Assembly (NCBI GenBank): GCA_030390025.1
Contig: CM059438.1
Location: 55,616,001-55,680,000 of the forward strand
From: Squalus acanthias
Taxonomy: Eukaryota
Direction: 5' to 3'
Length of the DNA stretch: 64,000 nucleotides
The notes under the pieces were generated by a model, which saw only the letters and a list, made by a program, of their open reading frames with translations, made no database searches and was not told the DNA's origin. Both the position numbers and the translations under genes were made by a program. Positions 26,553 through 35,225 of this stretch are shown here, piece after piece; within the stretch, counting starts at the first letter, position 1, and each line of letters opens with the position of its first letter.

Positions 26553-27031
26553 TAATGCAGGAGACCGATTTCTGGACACAAAAGGCGTCAAGGGGTATGG
26601 GGAGAGAGCGGGAATATGGTATTGAGATAGAGAATCAGCCATGATCATATTGAATGGCGGAGCAGGCTCGAAGGACTGAAAGGGCAACACGGTGGCATAG
26701 TGGTTAGCACTGTTGCCTCACAGCGCCAGGGACCCGGGTTTGAATCCAGCCTCGGGTGACTGTCTGTGGAGTTTGCACATTCTCCCCGTGTCTGCGTGGG
26801 TTTCCTCTGGGTGCTCCGGTTTCCTCCCACAGTCCAAAGATGTGCGGGTTAAGTTGATTTGGCTATGATAAATTGACCCTTAGTGTGTTAGGGGGGATTA
26901 AATACGTGGGGTTACGGGGATAGGGTGGGATATGTGTCGGTGCAGGCTCGATGGGCCGAAATGGCCTCTATCTGCACTGTGGTGATTCTGTGATTCTGTG
27001 AATGGCCCACTCCTACTCCTATTTTTCTATG
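26553..27031 (+). mobile_element. 3'-terminal fragment of a CR1-type (HER1-like) LINE, split by a SINE
   Basis: GATTTCTGG...AAGGGGTATGGGGAGAGAGCGGGAATATGG...TCAGCCATGATCATATTGAATGGCGGAGCAGGCTCGAAGGACTGAA, resuming after the SINE as TGGCCCACTCCTACTCCTATTTTTCTATG. This is typical of elasmobranch CR1 3' UTRs as I recall them. The 5' boundary is approximate. Confidence 0.75.
26682..26998 (+). mobile_element. tRNA-derived V-SINE (HE1-like)
   Basis: A box TGGCATAGTGG, B box GGTTTGAATCC, V-domain core TGTGGAGTTTGCACATTCTCCCCGTGTCTGCGTGGGTTTCCTCTGGGTGCTCCGGTTTCCTCCCACAGTCCAAAGA, LINE-like 3' end GCAGGCTCGATGGGCCGAAATGGCCT and (TGATTCTG)2 tail. Confidence 0.9.
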
Positions 27032-27175
27032 AGAGAGCTCTGAGAATGGGGAGGGGTCTAGAATGGGGAGGGGTTCCTGGGATACCTCAGCGCAGCCTCT
27101 TTAATACATGTGTGATATTCTGATGGAGGATGGATGCAGCGCTGGAACTGAATCTGGGTCAGAAAGCGGGACAAG

Positions 27176-27725
27176 GCCCGTCACCCCCCCCCACCCGTCC
27201 CCCCCCGCCCGTCTCCCTGCGCCCGTCCCCCCCCCGCCCGTCACCCCCCGCCCGTCACCCCCCGCCCGTCCCCCCCGCCCATCACCCTCCGCCCGTCATC
27301 CTCCGCCCGTCTGCCCCCGCCCCTCACCCCCTGCCCGTCCCCCCAGCCCGTCCCCTCCGCCCGTCTCCCCCCGCCCGTCACCCTCCGCCCGTCTGCCCCC
27401 GCCCGTCTCCCCTCACCCGTCCCCTCTGCCCCTGCCCGTCACCCCCCGCCCGTTCCGTCTGCCTCTGCCCCCGCCCATCACCCCCCGCCCATCACCCCCC
27501 GCCCGTCCCCTCCGCCCATCCCCCCCCCCGCCCGTCACACTCTCCCCATCACACACCCGCCCGTCACACTCTGCCCGTCACACATCCTGCCCATTACACT
27601 CCCCGCCTGTCACACTCTACCCATCACACACCCACCCGTCACACTCTGCCCTTTACACACCCGCCCGTCACACTCTGCCCGTCATACACCTGCTCGTCAC
27701 ACCCCACCCGTTATACAGCCCCGCC
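27176..27725. repeat. Degenerate C-rich minisatellite (CCCGTCACCCCCCG-like, drifting to CCCGTCACAC)
   Basis: Recurring CCCGTC/CCCATC cores every ~14-18 nt with strong C/G strand asymmetry. Confidence 0.88.
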
Positions 27726-28001
27726 CAACCTGAATTTAATTTCCAACTGTCTTCAATAGGATTTTCTGGCTGTTTGTTGTAACAGGCCCAGAGCGGTAAC
27801 AGCGCCACCTCTGGTGTACGCGCAGATAACTGGTTCGTGTCAGGTATTTTGAGATAACAGCACCATCCTGTGGAGAAACCAGGAACAGCAGGCATTACTG
27901 TCACGATAGCAAGATACTGCAGATGCTGGAAATCCGAAATAACAACAGAAAACGCTGGAAAAACTCAGCAGGCGAGGCAGCATCCATGGAGAGAGAAACA
28001 G

Positions 28002-28037
28002 AGTTAACGTTTCAGGTCGGGACCTTTCATCAGAACT
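28002..28037 (-). ncRNA. Minimal type I hammerhead ribozyme in the inverted pLTR
   Basis: Reverse complement AGTT-CTGATGA-A-AGGTC-CC-GACCT-GAAA-CGTT-AACT: intact CUGAUGA/GAAA core, stem I AGTT/AACT, stem II AGGTC/GACCT, palindromic ACGT in place of a stem III hairpin. Confidence 0.8.
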
Positions 28038-28255
28038 GGAAACAGCAGGAAATCAAATAGATTTATGGCAAGGATAAAGCTGGGAAAAGGGGGAGGGGGG
28101 TGAAAGAACAAAAGGAGAGATAAAGAGACATTAAGAGACATTAAGAGATATTCAAGGCAAGAGGTAGTGTTAATGTGGCAGGTTAAGGCTGAAAGAAGTG
28201 TGAAATGCACTGGCAGAATGAAGGACAGCTGCCAGCTTCTAAGAGGGAAAAAAAA

Positions 28256-28883
28256 GGGGATAGGTTATTGACTAACATTCACTACAAGCCCACTGACTCC
28301 CACAGCTACCTGGACTACACTTCCTCCCACCCCGCCTCCTGTAAGGACTCTATTCCATTCTCCCAGTTTCTCCGTCTCCGCCGCATCTGCTCTGACGATG
28401 CCACCTTCCATACCAGTGCTTCCGACATGTCTTCCTTTTTCCTCAACCGAGGATTCCCCTCTACTGTGGTTGACACGGCCCTCGACCGTGTCCGTTCTAT
28501 CTCCCGCACTTCTGCCCTCACCCCTGCCCCTCCCTCCCGGAACCACGATAGAGTTACCCTTGTCCTCACCTTTCACCCCACCAGCCTCCACATTCAACGG
28601 ATCATCCTCCGCCATTTCCGCCACCTCCAGCATGATCCCACCACCAAACGCATCTTCCCCTCACCTCCCCTTTCAGCATTCCACAGGGAGCGCTCCCTCC
28701 ACGACACCCTAGTCCACTCCTCTACCACCCCCAGCACCCCTTCCCCTTCGCCCGGCACCTTCCCGTGCAAGCGCAGGAGATGCAACACATGCCCTTATAA
28801 ATCCCCCCTTCCCACTATCCAGGGCCCCAAACACCCCTTCCAGGTGAAACAGCGATTTACTTGTACTTCCTGCAATTTAGTAT
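28256..28883 (+). pseudogene. Penelope ORF part 1: RT C-terminal/thumb region, Cys-rich linker and start of the endonuclease
   Basis: GDRLLTNIHYKPTDSHSYLDYTSSHPASCKDSIPFSQFLRLRRICS...PCKRRRCNTCPY...FTCTSCNLV. KPTD and SSHP...IPFSQFLR are PLE RT hallmarks, and the CxxxxCxxC linker is the Neptune feature. Confidence 0.92.
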
Positions 28884-29120
28884 TGTGGTGGATCGCCACC
28901 TAAAACGGGCATAATCCACTCTTCCGTCTGTGGACAAATTTCCAGCACCTTCCCTTTAAGGCACCTTACCTTTAAGAGAGGAGGGGGCGGGGCCTCAGGT
29001 TTTACCCAGAGAATTCTGGGGGCTTTTCGGCAGCCATTTTAGTGCCATGAGTTGAATTAAAGTTTCTTGTTTTCCACATATGGATTCAGCCTCCATTCGT
29101 GTTTCGCGGCAGCCTCAACA
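28884..29120 (+). repeat. 5' LTR (237 bp)
   Basis: TGTGG...TCAACA. Contains a GC box, the hairpin CCCAGA-GAAT-TCTGGG (29005-29020) and ATTAAA (29056-29061). Three substitutions versus the 3' LTR by manual comparison. Confidence 0.95.
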
Positions 29121-29121
29121 T

Positions 29122-29132
29122 TGGTGACCCCG
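29122..29132 (+). promoter_or_regulatory. Primer-binding site complementary to the tRNA-Trp 3' end
   Basis: TGGTGACCCCG one nt after the LTR; matches the first 11 nt of the canonical Trp PBS TGGTGACCCCGACG. Confidence 0.85.
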
Positions 29133-29159
29133 CGCTCAGAACGTATTTCGAGCACTGCA

Positions 29160-29747
29160 ATGGCGGACACGAACGCAGTTTCCATGAAACTGCCGGAGTT
29201 TTGGGAAAACCAGCCCGAAGCCTGGTTTCTCCAAGCTGAATCTCACTTCCGGCTGCGAAATATCACCACAGATGGGATGAAGTACGACTATCTCGTCACA
29301 TCACTCAGTAGCGCCGCAGTTTCGAAGGTTTGGACAGCGCTGCAGAACCCACCAGAGGAAGGCAAGTACGCACATCTCAGGACAGCGCTCCTTAAAAAAT
29401 TTACGGCCTCGGCATATCAGCGAAACTGCTACCTCCTCGACCTTCCAGGCCTCGGTGATGCCTCACCGTCAGACCTCCTCTCCCACATGCTCTCCCTCAC
29501 CGACGAGAGCCCACCCGGATCCCTCTTCCGCACGCTGTTCATCCGCCAGCTCCCTCTCAGCATCCGCCCAGCGATCGTGGCGTCCGGCCTCACGAACCTG
29601 GAAGCCCTGGCTGATGAGGCCGACAAGCTGCTGTCCGCTCACTCCAGCCGCGACATCACTCCGGACCTGGCAGCCAATGCCTGGGCGCGCCCCTCACCGG
29701 CCACAAGGGCCAACCAGCAGGCCCACGGGGCCTTCACGCCCCACTAA
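29160..29747 (+). CDS. gag: Gypsy Gag (capsid part); the zinc knuckle follows in a different frame
   Basis: MADTNAVSMKLPEFWENQPEAWFLQAESHF...Y..L...L...LG..PS.LL..M: typical CsRN1-like Gag N-terminus. Confidence 0.85.
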   Translation: MADTNAVSMKLPEFWENQPEAWFLQAESHFRLRNITTDGMKYDYLVTSLSSAAVSKVWTALQNPPEEGKYAHLRTALLKKFTASAYQRNCYLLDLPGLGDASPSDLLSHMLSLTDESPPGSLFRTLFIRQLPLSIRPAIVASGLTNLEALADEADKLLSAHSSRDITPDLAANAWARPSPATRANQQAHGAFTPH

Positions 29748-32700
29748 CCCGGGCCACTGTTACTACCACGCACGGTTCGGCTCCAGGGCACAACGGTGCA
29801 CACCTCCCTGCTCTTTCAAGTCCGCCCCCGTACCAGCCCCCGCGATGGCCATGGGCCACGCGGGCTCCCTGCTGTACGTCACGGATGACAAAACCGGCCG
29901 CCGGTTCCTGTGCGACACTGGGGCTCAGCACAGCATCATCCCGGCCTCCTCCCTCGACATCCAAAAGGTCAAACGAGGACCGGCGCTGGCTGCTGCTAAC
30001 GGCTCGGAAATCCGGACGTATGGCACCCGGACAGTCACCCTCGACCTCGCTGGTCGCCGCTACCGATGGGAGTTCATCACTGCCAAGGTGCTCTCCCCTC
30101 TCATCGGCGCAGATTTCCTGTGCGCCCACGGCCTACTGGTAGACATCCCCCGTCACTGCCTCGTGGACATGAACACCATGTCCTCCATCCTGGGCGCCAT
30201 GGCCCCCCGTCAACCCGCCGACATGGCGTCACAGTGCCACGCCCGGGCCACGGATGACTACTCGGCACTCCTGGCCGAATTCACGGCCCTTACCAATCCG
30301 ACCTTCTCCGCGGAGGCCGCCAAACACCGGGTGGAACACTTCATCCCCACCACAGACCCCCCAGTGTACGCCCACGCCCGCAGGCTGGATCCGGCCAAAC
30401 TGGAGATCGCGCGGACCGAGTTTGCCACCATGGAACAGCTCGGTATCATCCGCCACTCCAACAGTCCCTGGGCCTCCCCACTCCACATCGCCCCCAAACC
30501 AGGCGGGGGTTGGCGCCCCTGCGGGGATTACCGCCGCCTCAACGACGCCACCACCCCTGATCGGTACCCCGTGCCGCACATTCAGGACTTCTCGGCTAGA
30601 CTGGCCAGCCGCTCAGTCTTTTCCAAGGTCGACGTGGTGCGCGGCTACCACCAAGTCCCCGTACACCCCGCGGACGTCCCCAAGACGGCCGTAATCACCC
30701 CTTCGGCCTGTTCGAGTTCCTGCGGATGCCCTTCGGCCTCAAAAACGCGGCCCAGGCATTCCAACGGCTCATGGACTCGGTCCTTCGGGACCTGAAGTTC
30801 CTGTTTGTCTACCTGGACGACATCCTGGTAGCCAGTTCCTCCAAGCAGGAACACCTCGAACACCTTCGCATCCTGTTCGGGCGCCTCAGCGACCACGGGC
30901 TCATCCTCAGCCCAGCCAAATGCCAGTTCGGCCTGGACAAGATCGACTTCCTCGGCCACCACATCACCCATGCTGGGGCCATTCCCCTGCCCACCAAGGT
31001 GCAGGCCGTCCAACAATTTCCCCGCCCCACCACCATCAAAGGCCTCCAGGAGTTCCTCGGGATGGTGAATTTCTATAACCGCTTCATCCCCAAAGCGGCG
31101 CCCCTCATGAGGCCCCTGCATGAAGCCCTCCGGGGCAGGAGCGGCAAGATGGCGGTCGAATGGACGGCAGACGCGTCTGCCGCCTTCGATTCCACCAAGA
31201 CCGCGCTCGGCAACGCCACCCTGCTCGCGCACCCACGGCCCAATGCCAGGGTAGCGCTCACCACGGACGCCTCCGACCACGCGGTCGGCGCCGTGTATGA
31301 GCAGTGGGTCGACGGCGCCTGGCAACCACTTGCCTTCTTCAGCCGCCACTACGCCCCCCGGAGGTCAAGTACAGCACCTTCGACCGCGAGCTCCTCGCGC
31401 TGTTCCTGGCGGTCCGCCATTTCCGGTTTTTGCTTGAGGGCCACCCCTTCACTGCGTTTGTCGACCACAAGCCCCCGACATTCGCAATGGCAAAGACAAC
31501 CGACCCCTGGTCCGCCAGGCAGCAGCGCCAGCTCGCGGCAGTGTCCGAGTTCACCACGGACATCCAACACGTCTCCGGCCGAGACAATGTGGTAGCGGAC
31601 TGCCTCTCCCGCCCCGCCATCCACGCCGCACACCTAGCAGTCGACTACGCTCAACTCGCAGCAGACCAGATCACCGACCCTGATCTGCTCTCCGCACCCA
31701 CCAACCTACCAGGGCTACGCCTGGCCGACGTCGCCTGTGGCCCGACCGCAGTCACGGTCAAGTGCAACATATCCCTATGTCAACCTCGGCCCGTCGTCCC
31801 AGCGTCCTGGTGCCGCCAGGTATTCGACATTCTCCACAACCTCTCCCACCCCGGCGCCCGCGCATCCATCAAATTGGTAGCCAACCGCTTCGTCTGGCGC
31901 GGCCTTCGCAAGGATGTGCGTACTTGGGCCAACTCCTGCCTAGCCTGCCAATGGGCCAAGGTACAGCAACACACGAAAGCACCCCTCGAGGAGTTTACCG
32001 TCCCCTCGCGGAGATTCGACCACATCCACGTGGACATCGTCGGGCCCCTGCCGCCGTCGCAAGGCCACACGCACTTGCTGACCATTGTTGACCGCACCAC
32101 ACGCTGGCCTGAGGCAATTCCACTAACCTCTACCACCACCGCCGACATCGCCAGAGCCTTCGTCAGCACCTGGGTCGCACGGTTCGGCGTCCCCTCCGAC
32201 ATGACGTCGGACAGAGGTCCGCAATTTACCTCTGAACTCTGGACCGTCGTCGCACGCAATCTTGGGGTGACCATTCACCGCACCACAGCGTACCACCCCC
32301 AAGCCAACGGACTGTGTGAGCGGTTCCACAGATCCTTGAAGGCATCTCTTCGAGCCAGCCTCCAAGACGGCGCCTGGACCGACCGACTTCCGTGGGTCCT
32401 CCTCGGCCTGCGCACCGCGGTTAAAGAAGACCTCCACGCATCGGCAGCAGAGCTCGTGTACGGTCAGCCGCTGCGCGTACCCGGCGACTTCCTGCCCACC
32501 GCCACGACACCCTGGTCAGCCGACCAGCAACGCCACGACTTCGCCTCACCGGCGCTGCAGTTCGCTCCGGTGCCCATTGCCCGACACGGCGAATCCACCT
32601 CACACGTCCCACTAAGCCTGCACCAGGCACGGTTTGTTTTCGTCTGGCACGACACCCACCGCGGACCCCTTCAACCCCCGTACGACGGGCCCTACAAGGT

Positions 32701-32959
32701 GCTACAGGCTGGGGACAAATTTTTCACCCTGCAAGTGGGCGACAGGACCGAAAAAGTGTTGGTTGACCGACTCAAGCCAGCACACTCGGAGCCCGGTGAG
32801 CAGGTCCCTGTAGCTCATCCACCTCCACGCGGCCGACCTGCCCTCAAGCCGGTTCATCCGGCTGCTCCACGCCCAGCCGTTCCACGTCCACCGGCGTCCT
32901 ACAAGAGCCGCTCCGGCCGGCCCATCAGACCGCCGCATCGTCTCGTCCACACCTCCTAA
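29748..32959 (+). pseudogene. pol: Gypsy Gag knuckle + Pol (protease, RT, RNase H, integrase), broken by two apparent 1-bp deletions (~30700 and ~31348)
   Basis: CYYHARFGSRAQRCTPPC knuckle (29758); protease CDTGA (~29914); RT WASPLH..KP.GGWRPCGDYRRLN and YLDD (30810); RNase H TTDASDHAVGAV and NVVADCLSR; integrase HNLSHPG...CLACQ, HVDIVG, SDRGPQF, NGLCERFHR; GPY motif PPYDGPYKV. Confidence 0.93.
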
Positions 32960-32968
32960 GCGGATTCT

Positions 32969-32976
32969 GGGGGGAG
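32969..32976 (+). promoter_or_regulatory. Polypurine tract
   Basis: GGGGGGAG just upstream of the 3' LTR. Confidence 0.75.
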
Positions 32977-32979
32977 CTG

Positions 32980-33216
32980 TGTGGCGGATCGCCACCTAAA
33001 ACGGGCATAATCCACTCTTCCGTCTGTGGACAAATTTCCAGCACCTTCCCTTTAAGGCACCTTACCTTTAAGAGAGGATGGGGCGGGGCCTCAGGTTTTA
33101 CCCAGAGAATTCTGGGGGCTTTTCAGCAGCCATTTTAGTGCCATGAGTTGAATTAAAGTTTCTTGTTTTCCACATATGGATTCAGCCTCCATTCGTGTTT
33201 CGCGGCAGCCTCAACA
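32980..33216 (+). repeat. 3' LTR (237 bp)
   Basis: Direct repeat of 28884-29120. Confidence 0.95.
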
Positions 33217-33220
33217 GTAT

Positions 33221-33510
33221 ACTGTATTCGCTGCTCACGATGTGGTCTCCTCTACATTGGGGAGACCAAACGCAGATTGGGTGACCGCTTTGTGGAACAC
33301 CTCCGTTCAGTCCGTAAGGGGGACCCCGAGCTCCCGGTCGCCTGTCACTTTAATTCACCGCTTCACTCCCACTCTGACCTCACCGTCCTCGGCCTATTGC
33401 ACTGTTCCACGGAAGCGCAGCGTAAGCTCGAGGAACAGCACCTCATCTTTCGTTTAGGCACGCTACAGCCCTCTGGACTCAATATCGAGTTCAACAATTT
33501 TAGATCATAA
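33221..33510 (+). pseudogene. Penelope ORF part 2: GIY-YIG endonuclease
   Basis: Removing the Gypsy element and one TSD restores the in-frame CNLVYCIRCSRCGLLYIGETKRRLGDRFVEHLRSV...PVACHFNS...EQHLIFRLGTLQPSGLN*, with YIG, the conserved R, E and N, and CCHH. Confidence 0.93.
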
Positions 33511-33791
33511 CCTTAGCCCCAATCACATATATATTTTATTATTTCATCCACCCTTTTATTTGCCCCCCCCCCCATTTTTTTTCCCTCCTAGAAGCTGGCA
33601 GCTGTCCTTCATTCTGCCAGTGCATTTCACACTTCTTTCAGCCTTAACCTGTCACATTAACACCACCTCTTGCCTTGAATATCTCTTAATGTCTCTTAAT
33701 GTCTCTTAATCTCTCCTTTTGTTCTTTCATCCCCTCCCCCTTTTCCCAGCTTTATCCTTGCCTTAAATCTATTTCATTTCCTGCTGTTTCC

Positions 33792-33827
33792 AGTTCTGAT
33801 GAAAGGTCTTGACCTGAAACGTTAACT
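33792..33827 (+). ncRNA. Minimal type I hammerhead ribozyme in the 3' pLTR
   Basis: AGTT-CTGATGA-A-AGGTC-TT-GACCT-GAAA-CGTT-AACT; predicted cleavage after GUU (~33823). Confidence 0.8.
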
Positions 33828-34011
33828 CTGTTTCTCTCTCCACGGATGCTGCCTCGCCTGCTGAGTTTTTCCAGCGTTTTCAGGCATTACTGTCACTTAG
33901 TTTTAATGAACTGGTGGTTTGACAGCAGACATACCCCACTGCATTCAGTGGCCTGAGGTTATTATAGAATTACCAACTCATAGATTTTCGATCTATCTAT
34001 AATTATTAATA

Positions 34012-34118
34012 TTAATCAGTTCTGACAAAAGGTCATCGACCTGAAACGTTAACTCTCTTTCTCTCTCCACGGATGCTGCCTGGCCTGCTGAGTTTTTCCA
34101 GCGTTTTCTGTTGTCATT
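34012..34118 (+). mobile_element. Solo ~107-bp Penelope pLTR 3'-end insertion with a mutated hammerhead core (CTGACAA)
   Basis: Near-identical to 33791-33880 plus the CTGTTGTCATT extension; flanked by a 14-bp direct repeat TATAATTATTAATA (33998-34011 and 34119-34132). Confidence 0.85.
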
Positions 34119-34192
34119 TATAATTATTAATAGTCTTGCATAAGATTTGGCTGTTCCTGCACAGAGGGCCTTTTCCAATGAATGCTGTCTGC

Positions 34193-34668
34193 TGCCATGG
34201 AGCAGTACGGTTGTGAGAGATGCCATGGAGCAGTACGGTTGTGAGAGATGCCATGGAGCAGTACGGTTGTGAGAGATGCCATGGAGCAGTACGGTTGTGA
34301 GAGATGCCATGGAGCAGTACGGTTGTGAGAGATGCCATGGAGCAGTACGGTTGTGAGAGATGCCATGGAGCAGTACGGTTGTGAGAGATGCCATGGAGCA
34401 GTACGGTTGTGAGAGATGCCATGGAGCAGTACGGTTGTGAGAGATGCCATGGAGCAGTACGGTTGTGAGAGATGCCATGGAGCAGTACGGTTGTGAGAGA
34501 TGCCATGGAGCAGTACGGTTGTGAGAGATGCCATGGAGCAGTACGGTTGTGAGAGATGCCATGGAGCAGTACGGTTGTGAGAGATGCCATGGAGCAGTAC
34601 GGTTGTGAGAGATGCCATGGAGCAGTACGGTTGTGAGAGATGCCATGGAGCAGTACGGTTGTGAGAGA
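34193..34668. repeat. Perfect minisatellite, 17 x 28 bp (TGCCATGGAGCAGTACGGTTGTGAGAGA)
   Basis: 476 bp = 17 x 28, with no variant copies seen. Confidence 0.97.
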
Positions 34669-35225
34669 TGAACTGTGGGGACAATCGCACCAACTTTTAA
34701 ATCCCCAACAATTCGAAGCTCTGGGGTGATGGAGTGCTTCTCTGAAGCAGCAATTCATTATAAATATCCTCAATACACCAGTGGGGCTCCTGTTTCTAAA
34801 ATTAATTAAAAATAACATTTTAATTGGACGTATTACTGATCAGACCAATTTCTCAATAATTACAGGAAATGCTTGTGAGGCACAGCATGTGAAGAGACAG
34901 GTCACATTCTGAATCACAGCCTCTGTAATAACTGACACGTCTTATATGCCCGTCAAATCCTGACAGATCCACTGTGGATGTTGAGCACTTCCTCTTTTTC
35001 CAGATGTGCGGCTGGAGCAGTCTGTTCCTCTTTTCTGACTTGACTGATTTGTGTATGGAGATGGGGAGCTAAAATGGGTGAGAAACCAGCCTTCCATCTC
35101 TGGGAACGGCTTCAGATCCAGTCTGCACTAAACATTGACTAAACAGGCCACATGATGGCTGGTGTGGGAAATACAGAATTAACCGTGTGCTCCGTTGCAA
35201 TAGGCATGCGAGTGAGATCGTACAA

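Larger units (their letters stand above)
28884..33216 (+). mobile_element. Full-length Ty3/Gypsy LTR retrotransposon, CsRN1/Kabuki/Boudicca-like clade (4333 bp)
   Basis: Two 237-bp TG...CA LTRs, 4-bp TSD GTAT (28880-28883 and 33217-33220), tRNA-Trp PBS, PPT, gag with CX2HX9CX3C knuckle, PR-RT-RH-IN domain order. Confidence 0.95.
27905..33880 (+). mobile_element. 5'-truncated Penelope-like element (Neptune type) with inverted pLTRs, interrupted by a Gypsy element
   Basis: 16-bp TSD CAGGCATTACTGTCAC at 27889-27904 and 33881-33896. About 310-bp inverted repeats at 27949-28259 and ~33570-33880. RT C-terminus plus GIY-YIG ORF. Hammerhead motif in each pLTR. Confidence 0.93.

Noticed and set aside
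24496..26644. Long ORFs of 260-550 aa spanning the gap or antisense to exon 1
   Set aside because: They read through Ns and low-complexity repeats or are GC-rich antisense shadows; only the minus-strand 25757-26078 segment has homology and a splice donor.
26682..26755. tRNA gene
   Set aside because: The A and B boxes belong to the SINE head, which continues into a V-domain and LINE-like tail.
27108..27782. Proline-rich ORFs of 209-224 aa
   Set aside because: Product of a C-rich minisatellite; open in several frames with no recognisable domain.
27801..27816. CTCF-like site AGCGCCACCTCTGGTG between promoter and retroelements
   Set aside because: Only the GCGCCACCT half fits well and spacing to TGG is one base short; too weak without a PWM score or ChIP data.
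33163..33510. 115-aa ORF as an LTR-driven standalone GIY-YIG nuclease gene
   Set aside because: It starts at a non-ATG (TTG) codon inside the LTR and is a chance in-frame fusion with the interrupted Penelope ORF; there is no evidence of expression.
27949..33880. ~310-bp terminal inverted repeats suggesting a DNA transposon carrying RT and integrase (a novel composite element)
   Set aside because: The arms are Penelope pLTRs with hammerheads, and the internal integrase belongs to a separately inserted Gypsy element with its own LTRs and TSD; no transposase is present.
34193..34668. CRISPR-like 28-bp direct repeats
   Set aside because: Repeats are head-to-tail with no spacers, there are no cas genes, and the context is vertebrate.
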